Counted from the stretch's first letter, positions 39,393 through 52,001 are shown. The stretch: DNA of 64,000 bases from Candidatus Freyarchaeum deiterrae (GCA_037305845.1 CP147778.1:3360001-3424000), one strand, 5' to 3'. Notes: generated from the sequence alone by a model not told the origin. Translations and numbers: made by a program.

Positions 39393-41444
39393 TCAAACCG
39401 CATGTTGGACGGCGGAAATAATTTCCACAAGCCCCTTTCCACCATCTACGCGTACCCAATCACCAGTCTTTAGACGCATCGTTGCATCGCCGCAACCGAC
39501 GACAGCCGGAATTCCAAACTCTCGCGCAACGATAGCGGCGTGCGATAACGGCGCGCCGACATCGGTCACAACAGCAGCCGCGCACGGGAACAGCGGCGTC
39601 CACCCGACATTGGTCACGGTTGTCACAAGAATCTCGCCGGCCTGCAACTGATCGCCATCCTCAGCCGTGGCAATCACCCGCACCTTACCCTCCACGACGC
39701 CAGCCGCGCCCGGGAAGCCGGTGATCGCACCCTTGACAGGCATGCTGCCCCGTGAAGCGTTGAACATATCGCTGCGCCGCTCAGGATTTGTGGCCCACTG
39801 AAATGGGTCGAATCGCCCGCGGATTAGCACCGGATACGGTGGCAGGGCGCAGTACCGCTTATAGGCGGCGCGTCGGGCTGGGATATAGGTAAGGGAAGTC
39901 TGGTCACCTCCAAGAACGGATAAGATCTCGTCAATCGACAGGAAGAATATGTTCTCACCCTGTCCGGTGAGCATACCGGCGCGCTGGACAAAGGAGCGCA
40001 ACACCCAGACGGTCCGAATCACCTCGGATCGCGCCGCTTCGCGGTCTCTGGTAATCGCAGCCCAGCGGTCAATCTTGCGGCGAATTGATGTTTCCTTTCG
40101 CGGGTAACGCTGGCATAACCGGTCCCATGCGGACTTGCGTTTGGTCTCCTGTCGGGCGAGCAGCGCTGTGGCGTCGTCCTGCGCCTGGCGCAAACCGGCG
40201 AGCTGCTTGTCGATCCAGTTCGATTGCTCACCTGGGCGCGGGATGGAAACCTCCATTTCGTGCGGGCCGCGGTGACCGAACTTCCGTGCAAAGGTCTCTC
40301 GATCGATTTTGCCTTGGGCTAACCGCGTCAGGCCCAACAGCGGTCCGAGGCTAGCCAGCGGGCCTGAACTGGTGCTCAGTCCTGTGAGTAAGACGTTGGT
40401 GTCGTCTTCACCCACCAGCTTCTGCAGATCGCGTCGGATCGAGAGGATAGCGTCCCCACCCGAGTTGACCGCGGTCTCCAGCATGTGGCAGGCCTCATAG
40501 AAGAACGGTGCCACATCAGTGTGCCACAGAGTGACCAGTTCTTCCGAGCTAGGGGCGGCTTGGATCCGGGCGCGTAGTGCCTCGCAGCGCCCTGGCGCCG
40601 CCTGAAGGAATGCAGGTAGCTTCTTATGGTTGGCCCACATGCGGAACAAACCGCGGACGACAACCGGCAAAGCCACGCGTAACAAGTGCCCGCGTGACAA
40701 GCGGACAATCGGAATCTCCAGGCCTTTCGGAAGCCGCCCGAAGCCATGTTCGATCATCCTAGCGACGCGCCTTTGGTTTATTCCGAACACTGCGGCAAAT
40801 GACGCATCCATACTCAGGTTTTTATAGAGACATCCGCCGATATTGCCGTACGTGCGGTACAGGCCAAAGGACAGGTCCATATTCTCCAGCAGGATCTGGA
40901 CTAGCGACCAGGTGCAGGGCGTCATCACGTCGGGCACAGCTTCACCGTAATTCGCTCTAGTCCAGAGGTAATCGCCAGCCAGACTGTCGTTCCACTCCCC
41001 GGCCGCCGGATTGTGGCCGCGCAGGACGGTAATTGGGCGGGCTTCCTCATACAGTTTCTTATTCTCCTTTCCATACACAGCTGTGTCTTCCCCTTTCGCG
41101 TATAGATAAAGAACTCTGATTTTATCATCCATCCTGAAAGTGATTCTTAAAGGCTTTATGACCGCTCTCGTATCCTCCAACCTTCTGACGGCGTCATCCC
41201 ATCCTAGGTAAAGCTCAGAAATATTTTGACGAGGGATAATAAATTCTACAGTTTGTTGCGTATCTTTGTCTTTGCCAGATAATGCTATTTTATTTTCATC
41301 CAGAGTTACTTTTCCTTCATATTTATGGAGGGGTATGCCCATAGGCTGAGAGAGATGTGCCAACAATACTTGTTCTTTGAATCTACCCCGTACCTCTAAG
41401 ATGTCCTCTTTAAAGCCCCAAATCGCATCATAAACTATTGGCAT
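39393..41444 (-). CDS. Chimeric PEP-utiliser (rifampin phosphotransferase/PPS-like) protein lacking the ATP-grasp domain
   Basis: ARPIT, WTRANYGEAVPDVMTP, FGHRG..E.E, T.VGWTPLF and LSHAAIVAREFGIPAVVG; GC-rich from 39393 to about 41043, AT-rich beyond. Confidence 0.8.
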   Translation of the reverse strand: MPIVYDAIWGFKEDILEVRGRFKEQVLLAHLSQPMGIPLHKYEGKVTLDENKIALSGKDKDTQQTVEFIIPRQNISELYLGWDDAVRRLEDTRAVIKPLRITFRMDDKIRVLYLYAKGEDTAVYGKENKKLYEEARPITVLRGHNPAAGEWNDSLAGDYLWTRANYGEAVPDVMTPCTWSLVQILLENMDLSFGLYRTYGNIGGCLYKNLSMDASFAAVFGINQRRVARMIEHGFGRLPKGLEIPIVRLSRGHLLRVALPVVVRGLFRMWANHKKLPAFLQAAPGRCEALRARIQAAPSSEELVTLWHTDVAPFFYEACHMLETAVNSGGDAILSIRRDLQKLVGEDDTNVLLTGLSTSSGPLASLGPLLGLTRLAQGKIDRETFARKFGHRGPHEMEVSIPRPGEQSNWIDKQLAGLRQAQDDATALLARQETKRKSAWDRLCQRYPRKETSIRRKIDRWAAITRDREAARSEVIRTVWVLRSFVQRAGMLTGQGENIFFLSIDEILSVLGGDQTSLTYIPARRAAYKRYCALPPYPVLIRGRFDPFQWATNPERRSDMFNASRGSMPVKGAITGFPGAAGVVEGKVRVIATAEDGDQLQAGEILVTTVTNVGWTPLFPCAAAVVTDVGAPLSHAAIVAREFGIPAVVGCGDATMRLKTGDWVRVDGGKGLVEIISAVQHAV

Positions 41445-41491
41445 AAATGAAATTATATATTTCCAAGATATAAATTTATACCTGTACCCCC

Positions 41492-41560
41492 TGCCTCCTC
41501 TCCCTCCCATTGTATTCTCACCCCTACCTCTCGCCCCCAAGAATTCAAGGAGGAGGTTGT
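41492..41560 (+). repeat. C-rich dispersed repeat, copy D (diverged)
   Basis: CTCCCATTGTATTCTCACCCCTACCTCTCGCCCCCAAGAATTCAAGGAGGAGGTTG. Confidence 0.7.
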
Positions 41561-41643
41561 AGTGAAATCTAAACACTTAATCTTTCTTCGAGACCACTTT
41601 TTTATTTTGCATATTTTTATCAGATAAATGGAATACCAAATTC

Positions 41644-42834
41644 TTAAAAATCCTTAAGGGGTGTCATGACTCCTCCGGCGGGTCTATTTATCAGGGGAAT
41701 CATAGTGTTGCATTCTTTTATTTTAACTTCTTTATCCGTTATGAATTTTCCAATTTTCTTTGCTTCCGAATATATCTTGCTGAGCACTCTTTCTTCAACC
41801 TCGTCAAAGAGGAATAGCTTAATCATTGGTTCTGGAGCTTCGGAGAGGTCCCAAACTCCCAGGACTCTTCCCTCATGTATTATCGTTGTTGTAGAATTAC
41901 CGGAGCGGTCAAAGACCTCATTATAGTGTTTATAATCTAGATATCTCTCACGTTCTTTATAACCCATGAGATAAGGGTCTAGACTCGGCAACAGACACAC
42001 ACTGCGACCTTTGGAAAAGGTTGAGCTTGCTAAGAGCCTCTCTTCCGATTTAAGCATAATGAACTCGTTTTTAAAATTCGGAATCTCCACCTGAACTAAT
42101 TGATCCTGAAGAACGTCTAAAGATTCTCTTATTTTGTTTTTACTTAAACCAGTCCACCAAGAAATATCTTTTTCAGTCAAGGGACCAAATGATTTCAAAT
42201 AACAGTGCAGCAGCTGTGTTATTGCCTCCGTCTCACTAATTTTGGAAAGGTCTATTTCGGGAAAGTATTCTCGGAAGAGAGTATATTTGTGTCTACGATC
42301 CTTCCAGCCCTTTTCCGGCTTACTTCTTATCAATAGTCCTTGATCACACATTTGATTTAGTATTGAAGAGACATCTAGCTCTGTTTTTAGTGCCCTTTTA
42401 ATTTCTAAAGTGCTCATCTCTTTTCCCTGCAAAATATTCAAAATTATTTTTGAAAACTTCTCATACTGCTCTGCTGAAACTCCCCTGTATTCTAAAAATC
42501 GCGTGGAGTTCTTTTCCACAATTTCTCGGGTAGCTGTAAACGTAATAGGAATCATTTCCTTTGTAAGAATATACATGGTACCGCGCACACAACGAATCTT
42601 ACCAAGACTTCTCTTTACATAAAGCTCTTCATCTAAGCTCATTCTCTCAAAATTACTGGCTCTAGCAAAAAGAGACAAGTAAGGCCCCATTGGATTAGTG
42701 GCATGCAGACCACCAATATCCCTAACTATTTGGACAATATCATTAATTCTCGAATCCTCAGATAGGTGTTGCTTGCTCAAAACAAAATGATTAATTCTAG
42801 CTAAGCTAAAATTATTCGCCAATTTTTTATTCAC
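41644..42834 (-). CDS. AlkZ/HTH_42-family DNA glycosylase
   Basis: GGLHAT...YLSLFAR, CVRGTMY, YLKSFGP.T..D..WWTGL, LLPSLDPYLMGY, G.V.G.W. Confidence 0.85.
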   Translation of the reverse strand: MNKKLANNFSLARINHFVLSKQHLSEDSRINDIVQIVRDIGGLHATNPMGPYLSLFARASNFERMSLDEELYVKRSLGKIRCVRGTMYILTKEMIPITFTATREIVEKNSTRFLEYRGVSAEQYEKFSKIILNILQGKEMSTLEIKRALKTELDVSSILNQMCDQGLLIRSKPEKGWKDRRHKYTLFREYFPEIDLSKISETEAITQLLHCYLKSFGPLTEKDISWWTGLSKNKIRESLDVLQDQLVQVEIPNFKNEFIMLKSEERLLASSTFSKGRSVCLLPSLDPYLMGYKERERYLDYKHYNEVFDRSGNSTTTIIHEGRVLGVWDLSEAPEPMIKLFLFDEVEERVLSKIYSEAKKIGKFITDKEVKIKECNTMIPLINRPAGGVMTPLKDF

Positions 42835-43330
42835 CTATCGAGTCTAAAATTTCTTTAACTTCTTTTGGCTGAGATTCTTTAAGCTTTCGCAAGCCATCCT
42901 TAATGATCCAATTTGTGTTTGGATTTTTGAGGGTTGCCCATTTCGTGCATAAAGTTAAAACAAATTCCGGATTCTTCTTGCTTGCGTTTCTCAGTACGTT
43001 TGCCACTGATTTTTTTACATAGAGATTGTTGTCCATCCTTAGTTTCTCTATAACTGCTAACACTTTAGCAGGATTTTTTCGGGCAATGTCTCTCAAACCC
43101 TCGCTTGAGGTTCTCCTGACATTAGGATCGTGAGCTTCAGCCCAGTCTATCATTTCTTGAATGACTTCATCTGGTTTCTTTTTGCTGATTTCAACTAATG
43201 CAGTTGCTGCCACTTCCCTCACCTGCCAATCTTCGCTTTCCGCCATCTTTCTAATTTCGGATAAAACGGCTTCGGGATTCACTTTACCCCTTTCGACAAT
43301 TTCTTTTACTTCAGACACTTTTGTAACCAT
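42827..43330 (-). CDS. HEAT-repeat DNA alkylation repair-like protein
   Basis: DWQVREVAA, DPNVRRTSSEGLR, D..LYVKKSVANVLR. Confidence 0.75.
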   Translation of the reverse strand: MVTKVSEVKEIVERGKVNPEAVLSEIRKMAESEDWQVREVAATALVEISKKKPDEVIQEMIDWAEAHDPNVRRTSSEGLRDIARKNPAKVLAVIEKLRMDNNLYVKKSVANVLRNASKKNPEFVLTLCTKWATLKNPNTNWIIKDGLRKLKESQPKEVKEILDSIGE

Positions 43331-43619
43331 GCTTAAACCTCAATTTTTTCAGTAGAATTATAACTTTTGTGGATAGAATAATGAAGCTGTTTCTCGGTCA
43401 TTATAGGTTTTTATCCGAGTTTTACTAATAATAATCTCGAAATAGTATCATAATTCAAATGCGATATATACAAAAGTTCAATTTTTTTCGCAAATTTTTA
43501 TACTAAATACTGGAAATAGTCCAATAAAAACATTTTTATATTGCGAAAATTATAAGTATATTATTCTATGGTATATAGATACTATACCATTAAAGGATAA
43601 ATCGAGGCGAGAGAGAGAA

Positions 43620-44318
43620 ATGGAAACAAAGATATCTGATTTTAAAATGTGTGAACCAGCCCCCTACGAAATACCTGACCCGAAAGCCCTCACACCACTA
43701 ATCATGAAAATGCAAAAAGAAGTAGAAAAAACCTACGGTCCCGTATATTCTGCCAGACTCATAAAATACACCCTACAATGCGCAGCTCAGAAGACTGGAA
43801 AAGAACCTCCTCAAAACATTAAAACCTTGGACCAGTTAGAAGAATATCTAATCTCGATATCCGATAAATACTCCACTTGCTACAGTTGGCTCACCTTCGC
43901 CGGATGCCAGACCGAAAGCGATTTACAGGGCGCAGTCGGAGCGGGCACACAAGTTGTAATGCTAAACGTATCTAGAAAGTTATCAGGAAGCCCAAACATC
44001 AAAGAAAGAAAAATCGATTTAGACGATGCCATATCGAAATTTCGTCAAACCATAGTTGCGCTAAAACTTAGCCCCCGAGAAATGGGATACAAGAAAAACG
44101 AGGAAAGCGTAGACATATACTGGCCAAATTGCAACTTTAGAGAGGGATGCAAACTAGCTTTCGACGCCAAGGTGTTAAAGCGGGCAGGTGGAAGACTATC
44201 CTGCGCAAGCGGGGCATTTCTATGCCAGTACTTAAAACTAGCTACGGGTTATGATTGGGACTATGACCTGCTAGAAGCTTTCAAACCGCACTGCGTACAC
44301 ACGTGCTACATGTTCTAA
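43620..44318 (+). CDS. V4R-like family A paralog
   Basis: Aligns with 15930; WPNCNFREGC...C...LC...GYDWDYDLLE..KPHC. Confidence 0.6.
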   Translation: METKISDFKMCEPAPYEIPDPKALTPLIMKMQKEVEKTYGPVYSARLIKYTLQCAAQKTGKEPPQNIKTLDQLEEYLISISDKYSTCYSWLTFAGCQTESDLQGAVGAGTQVVMLNVSRKLSGSPNIKERKIDLDDAISKFRQTIVALKLSPREMGYKKNEESVDIYWPNCNFREGCKLAFDAKVLKRAGGRLSCASGAFLCQYLKLATGYDWDYDLLEAFKPHCVHTCYMF

Positions 44319-44451
44319 ACAATTATCATTTCTACCTGTGGTGGGAGTAAAACAAGTTTCTACAAAAAACCTAAAAAATGAGGCATTACCTCAAATAACA
44401 CTTTTTTTTACATGTTATCCCTCAGAAACTTTTATTTACGCATTGTCGATG

Positions 44452-44901
44452 CTACCTATGCCCTTTTGTTCCTTTGCCACACTTTTCGCAAATGCCGTAT
44501 ATATCGAGTCGTTGTCCCGTTGCAGTGAATTTTGTCACAGAAGCGACCCTTTCGACAATTTCTTGTGCAATATGATCGTCCAGATCCTGAATGTTGCCAC
44601 ATTTCATGCAAACCAAGTTTATGTGAGGTTTCATATTTGGATCGAATCTCGACTCCCCATGTGGGAAACCCAGCTCCTGTATTTGACCGAGCTCTTTTAG
44701 GATTTGAAGAGTCTTGTAAACTGTCGCGAGGCTAACTGTTGGATGAATTGCCTTGACTTCATCATAGATTCTCTTCACACTTGGGTGCTCTCGACTGCCA
44801 AGGACGAACCGACAAATCGCTATCCTCTGCGGAGTAGCTTTGTATCCTTTCCTGCGGAAAGCTTCGATTATCGCTACGTCAGATTTCTGGTAATTGTTCA
44901 T
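44452..44901 (-). CDS. perR: Fur/PerR-family regulator
   Basis: TPQRIAI, HPS, SLATVYKTL, HINLVCMKCG and GICEKC; divergent from the catalase locus. Confidence 0.85.
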   Translation of the reverse strand: MNNYQKSDVAIIEAFRRKGYKATPQRIAICRFVLGSREHPSVKRIYDEVKAIHPTVSLATVYKTLQILKELGQIQELGFPHGESRFDPNMKPHINLVCMKCGNIQDLDDHIAQEIVERVASVTKFTATGQRLDIYGICEKCGKGTKGHR

Positions 44902-44978
44902 AATTATTAGGTAATAACAAGTCTTAAATAAATTTTCATATACTATTTTAAGCAAAAATGTACCAGGAGAGGAGGATA

Positions 44979-45221
44979 TTGAAAAGTACGAAAGAAAAAC
45001 AGATATCGACTAAACAGAAAGCATCTGTCAGCGGCCAGCTCACTACCAATCAAGGGATTCCTGTCAGCGACAATCAGGATTCACTTACCGTCGGTGAGCG
45101 TGGACCGGTTCTGCTGCAAGATTTTCACCTGATTGAGAAGCTTGCGCACTTCGACCGTGAACGCATTCCGGAGCGCGTAGTACACGCCAAGGGTGCCGGG
45201 GCCCACGGCTACTTCCAAGTA
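44979..45221 (+). pseudogene. katA: Monofunctional haem catalase, N-terminal remnant
   Basis: [57 protein letters not shown], then homology stops. Confidence 0.9.
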
Positions 45222-45247
45222 AAAATTAAAAGCACCACCGTGGATAA

Positions 45248-47470
<2,223 letters not shown>

Positions 47471-47533
47471 TCGGAGCATAAACGTCTTCAATGGTGGAGA
47501 ACCTCACGAAGGCGGATAAGAACGCCGGACAGT

Positions 47534-47741
47534 GTGTGGCAAAGGGCTGAAGTTGTGAATGGCATATCCAGCGGGCCGCCACGAATCATCTCGTGGAACA
47601 TTACCCTGCGGTGTCCGCTGAAATGTGCCCACTGCTACGTGGACGCCGGGGATCGTGAAGCGGAGCAGGCTCTCTCCACGGAGGAAGCCTTTGATGTCAT
47701 TGACCAGATCAGGGCTGCCGGAAAGTCGGTTGTCGTCCTCA
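47534..47741 (+). pseudogene. Truncated radical SAM (AhbC/AhbD/NirJ-like) N-terminus
   Basis: PRIISWNITLRCPLKCAHCY...LSTEEA...IDQI, cut at VVVL. Confidence 0.8.
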
Positions 47742-47742
47742 C

Positions 47743-47967
47743 ATCGAAGGTGACATAGTGCGTAAGAAGATCAGTCTCACCAACGACTTCAAGCAGGCTG
47801 GTGAACGCTACCGTTCACTCAGTAAAGTAGACCAAGACCATTTAGTAGATAACATTGTTGATTCTCTAGGAAAGGCGAACAGGCAAATTCAACAGCGTGA
47901 GGTTGAGCATCTTACTAAAGCTGACCCTGAATTTGGCAAGCGTGTAGCAAAAGGGCTGAAACTCTAG
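47743..47967 (+). pseudogene. katA: Monofunctional catalase, C-terminal remnant
   Basis: IEGDIVRKKISLTNDFKQAGERYRSLS..DQDHLVDNIV.SL......IQ.R....L.KADPEFGKRVAKGL. Confidence 0.85.
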
Positions 47968-48209
47968 CTGACAACCAAAAAAACTTAATCTTCCTAATAT
48001 TCCACTCCTTTTTTTTATTAATACCAAGACCAGTACACTAGATAGTGTTATCACGAAACCAAACCACCATTATTCCGTGTTTTGTCATGTAGATTCTGGA
48101 CTATTTGATATGGTTTTAGCTAGCCCTAAAAAAAGGAGAACCTTTTATACCTCAGTGTTTTCTGTTATAAAGACATACCATACCATACCATGGCACAGCA
48201 CGTGATTTT

Positions 48210-48899
48210 ATGAAAGTTGGTATACTCACTGATGGAAAATACGGTGACCGAGCATTTGAAAACATAAGCAAGGTTTTCCCCTGCGAATGGATTCAATTAG
48301 AAGAAGCTCCACGAACTGCCGTTCTAGATGATTATGATTTGAACATCCCTGAGTGCGACATGTACATATCCTACCTGAGACACCCCGACCAGGTTCTCGC
48401 AGCAGCCGACCTCGGAAAACCCATACTTTTGGGAATCAGTTTTGGAGAAGGATTCCTACGACAGGTACGCAAAATAAATCCCAAAGTGTTTGCCTTCCCC
48501 ACAATGTGCTCCACTGAACCTAAAACCGGCGTCCCCGAAATTGATGAATTCGCCCGCCATTTCGGCAGCCCGGTCTTCGAAGCATACTTGGATAACGAAA
48601 AAATCGAAAAACTAGAAGTCCTGCGAAGCTCCCCCTGCGGATCATCGGAAGCCGGCTCAAAATTCATCAAAGGCAAACCGATTTCAATCCCGGTTCTTCA
48701 AGAATTCGCCCTCAACGTATGCTATGAGTGCAGAGCACCCAGATTTGGAAAAACATGCGATAAAGAATTGTCCGGAATCATCCATCTCAAAGCTTTAGTC
48801 TCAAGCTTGGAAAAGGCTGGCGCAACTTTGGACCCCAGTATATCAGAATTCATAGATAATCTCGAAAGAGAGTACCAAAATAGGTCGAAAAAAACTTAA
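48210..48899 (+). CDS. DUF166-like archaeal conserved protein
   Basis: DGKYGDRA, HPD, P.MCS, F...FG.P, VLRSSPCGS, CRAP. Confidence 0.7.
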   Translation: MKVGILTDGKYGDRAFENISKVFPCEWIQLEEAPRTAVLDDYDLNIPECDMYISYLRHPDQVLAAADLGKPILLGISFGEGFLRQVRKINPKVFAFPTMCSTEPKTGVPEIDEFARHFGSPVFEAYLDNEKIEKLEVLRSSPCGSSEAGSKFIKGKPISIPVLQEFALNVCYECRAPRFGKTCDKELSGIIHLKALVSSLEKAGATLDPSISEFIDNLEREYQNRSKKT

Positions 48900-49048
48900 C
48901 CATCATACAAAACGACTAATAACTCACCGAAAAATGAATGCAATTTTATGTAAAATCGATAAGTAATGTTTTTAGATAAATATATATGGTGCGGTACACG
49001 CGTTCTATTAAATAGAATTGCGCTAATGATTCTCCTCTCCTTTAGAGG

Positions 49049-51433
49049 GTGAGTGTTTTGAAGGGTGTTGAAAAAAAGGAGAAGCCGAATATTGAGTTGG
49101 CTGTAGCGATCCAAAATCGCACAGCAGAACTGACCAGAGCCAACGAGGCGTTGAAGGCAGAGATTGAAGAACTCAAACAGGCAGAGAAAAAATTACATGA
49201 AGCCTCGCTTTATCCCAGAAGCTTGATTGAGGCAAGCCTCGACCCTCTAGTCACGATTAGCGTGGAAGGTAAGATAACTGATGTGAACAGGGCCACAGAA
49301 CTGGTTACAGGCTTATCCCGCGACCAGCTGATTGGCCAAGACTTTTCTGATTACTTCACTGAACCTGATAAGGCGAGAGCTGGATACCAGCAAGTCTTCA
49401 CAGAAGGCTTTGTGAGAGATTACCCTCTCGCGATACGTCATATATCAGGGAGAATCACCGAAGTCCTCTATAACGCCACCGTTTACAAGAACGAGGCTGG
49501 TGAGATTCAGGGAGTATTCGCCGCCGCTAGGGACATCACTGAACGAAAGCAGGCGGAAGAGAAGTTGCATGCTGCGTCACTCTATGCGAGAAGCCTCATT
49601 GAAGCTAGCCTTGATCCTTTAGTTACTATTAATGCTGAGGGGAAGATAACTGATGTGAATAAAGCTACTGAAGAGGTGACCGGAGTTCCTCGTGAACAAC
49701 TGATAGGCAGCGATTTCTCTGATTATTTTACAGAACCAAAGAAGGCGGAGGAAGGTTACCTGAAAGTCTTCACGGAAGGCTTAGTTAGAGATTATCCCTT
49801 AGCGATAAGACACAAATCTGGAAAGATTACCGATGTCTTGTATAATGCAACTGTATATAGGAATGACGCAGGAGAGATTCAGGGTGTGTTTGCAGCTGCA
49901 AGAGATATTACAGAGCGTAAACAGGCAGAAGAGAGGGTACGGGAGCAAGCTGAACTTTTGGACGAGGCGCATGACGCTATTACTGTGCGAAACCTAGAGA
50001 ATTGCATAATATACTGGAATAAGGGCGCTGAGCAGATGTACGGTTGGACAGCAGAGGAGGTGATAGGCAGGAAGGCAAATGAGTTCCTCTACAAGGAGGA
50101 CGCTCCACCGTCGGCTGGGGCGCTGAAAACTGTAATTGAGAGAGGGGAATGGAGCGGAGAGCTGCATCAGGTAACGAAGGATGGAAAGGAAATCATAGTT
50201 GATAGCCACTGGACGCTGATGCGTGACAGCGAGGGAAACCTAAAATCAATAATGGCCATTAACACTGACATTACCGATAAGAAAAATCTTGAAACACAGA
50301 TGCTCAGGGCTCAGAGGATGGAGAGTATAGGCACCCTCGCAGGCGGAATCGCCCACGACCTGAACAATGTACTCACCCCGATAACGCTGTCATTGCAATT
50401 GTTACAGGAGAAGCTCACGGACAATAAAGATAAGGAAATACTTGAAATCCTACAGAATAGTGCACAACGCGGATCCGACTTAGTGAGGCAGGTTCTACTT
50501 TTTACAAGAGGAATCGAAAGCGAGAGAAAACCTATCCAACCCAGATCCCTCATCACGGAAGTTGAGAAGATCATGGAAGAAACATTTCCAAAATCCATTG
50601 AGATCAGAAGAAGAATACCCTCTGATCTTTCAATCATTTCCGGAGATGCAACACAGCTACATCAGGTTCTGATGAACCTGTGCGTAAATGCTCGTGACGC
50701 TATGCCCGACGGAGGCATCCTGGAAATCTCTGCCGATAACGATTACATTGATGAAGAATATGCTCGTCTGCATCTCGAGGCAAAAGTGGGCAACTACGTC
50801 GTCATCTCTGTATCGGACACTGGTACGGGTATGCCCTTGGAGGTTCGCAACAGGCTTTTCGAACCATTCTTCACCACGAAAGAGCGGGGCAAAGGAACAG
50901 GGCTGGGTCTATCTACAGCTCTAGCGATTGTGAAAAACCACGGCGGCTTCATAAACGTGTACAGCGAAGTTAGAAAGGGCTCCGTATTCAAAGTCTACCT
51001 GCCCGCCATAATAGAAACCGAACCTATGAGAGCAGAAAAACTCCAGCCTAAACGTGTCAAGGGACATGGCGAATTAATTCTTGTTGTGGATGACGAATCC
51101 CCAATTTGTAATGTGACCTGCTCTATCCTTGAATCTAATGGGTATAAAGCGATTTCAGCTAAAGATGGGGCGGAAGCAGTAGCGGTCTTCGTGGAAAACA
51201 AAAATGCGGTCAAGATCATCCTCATGGATATGGCGATGCCCATTATGGACGGAGCGATGGGCATAAAAGCAATACGAAAAGTGGACCCCAAAGCTAAGAT
51301 CATCGCGGTCAGTGGATTGCCTGCAAACGGGAAGCTTGCTAGCGTTTCGGAATCGGTGAATGCTTTCCTAGCCAAGCCCTACACGACTGAGAGACTACTG
51401 AAAACCATAGATGATATTCTAAACGTTGAATAA
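49049..51433 (+). CDS. PAS-PAS-PAS hybrid sensor histidine kinase with receiver domain
   Basis: Two near-identical PAS repeats, AHDLNN H-box, NARDAM, GTGLGL, LVVDDE/MD..MP/KP receiver. Confidence 0.95.
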   Translation: MSVLKGVEKKEKPNIELAVAIQNRTAELTRANEALKAEIEELKQAEKKLHEASLYPRSLIEASLDPLVTISVEGKITDVNRATELVTGLSRDQLIGQDFSDYFTEPDKARAGYQQVFTEGFVRDYPLAIRHISGRITEVLYNATVYKNEAGEIQGVFAAARDITERKQAEEKLHAASLYARSLIEASLDPLVTINAEGKITDVNKATEEVTGVPREQLIGSDFSDYFTEPKKAEEGYLKVFTEGLVRDYPLAIRHKSGKITDVLYNATVYRNDAGEIQGVFAAARDITERKQAEERVREQAELLDEAHDAITVRNLENCIIYWNKGAEQMYGWTAEEVIGRKANEFLYKEDAPPSAGALKTVIERGEWSGELHQVTKDGKEIIVDSHWTLMRDSEGNLKSIMAINTDITDKKNLETQMLRAQRMESIGTLAGGIAHDLNNVLTPITLSLQLLQEKLTDNKDKEILEILQNSAQRGSDLVRQVLLFTRGIESERKPIQPRSLITEVEKIMEETFPKSIEIRRRIPSDLSIISGDATQLHQVLMNLCVNARDAMPDGGILEISADNDYIDEEYARLHLEAKVGNYVVISVSDTGTGMPLEVRNRLFEPFFTTKERGKGTGLGLSTALAIVKNHGGFINVYSEVRKGSVFKVYLPAIIETEPMRAEKLQPKRVKGHGELILVVDDESPICNVTCSILESNGYKAISAKDGAEAVAVFVENKNAVKIILMDMAMPIMDGAMGIKAIRKVDPKAKIIAVSGLPANGKLASVSESVNAFLAKPYTTERLLKTIDDILNVE

Positions 51434-51694
51434 AAACATGATAGCTTCCGAGGTAGAAGAATACGGGGAAAGCGAAAAGACCTTGATATCTAATGATACG
51501 TAGAAAACTACCTTTAAATAACAAGGATTTCAGAGAACTTTAGGGCAGCTTTGGAAGAGTATTTTTAAAAAATCTTACATTTAAGAACTTGTGTAAATTT
51601 TTCTTAATTTATTGCAGGATTATTCAGTAAATTCTGATTTTTCAGAAAAGTTTAAATATTCTGTTTATTACTACTTTTCAATGAGGTTACCAAA

Positions 51695-51973
51695 ATGGTC
51701 AAAGAAGAAGATGCAAATGAAGCGTGTTGTACGCCAAAAGATATGGAATCAGGCTGCTGCAAAGTTGAGTCAGTAATAAGCATAGATGAAAGAGGACAGA
51801 TGATTCTCCCCAAAGATGTACGCGAAAAAGCAAACATTAAAGCCTTAGACAAATTAGCCGTAGTAAGTTTCGAAAAAAAGGGCAAAGTTAACTGTATTTG
51901 CTTAATTAAAGTTGAAAACCTCACAGAGATGGTAAAGAACATGCTCGGACCAGTGATGAAAGAGGTCCTATAA
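51695..51973 (+). CDS. Cys-rich AbrB-like protein (HgcAB-associated type) upstream of arsM
   Basis: CC...GCCKVESVISIDERGQMILPKDVREKA. Confidence 0.75.
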   Translation: MVKEEDANEACCTPKDMESGCCKVESVISIDERGQMILPKDVREKANIKALDKLAVVSFEKKGKVNCICLIKVENLTEMVKNMLGPVMKEVL

Positions 51974-52001
51974 AAAATAAAAACAAGAGGAATGCATCAA
52001 A

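Noticed and set aside
31125-41560. C-rich repeats as CRISPR array or canonical integron attC sites
   Set aside because: Spacing is kilobases, there are no cas genes or integrase in the window, and no clear RYYYAAC/GTTRRRY boxes.
41445-41576. N-terminal extensions of ORFs 39393-41576 and 38236-39261, and ORF 33505-33738
   Set aside because: They translate the C-rich repeat (GGRGGRG, HPYPSP); real starts are probably 41444 and 38395.
49190-49930. Duplicated PAS segment as a novel repeat
   Set aside because: Tandem PAS domains are ordinary in sensor kinases.
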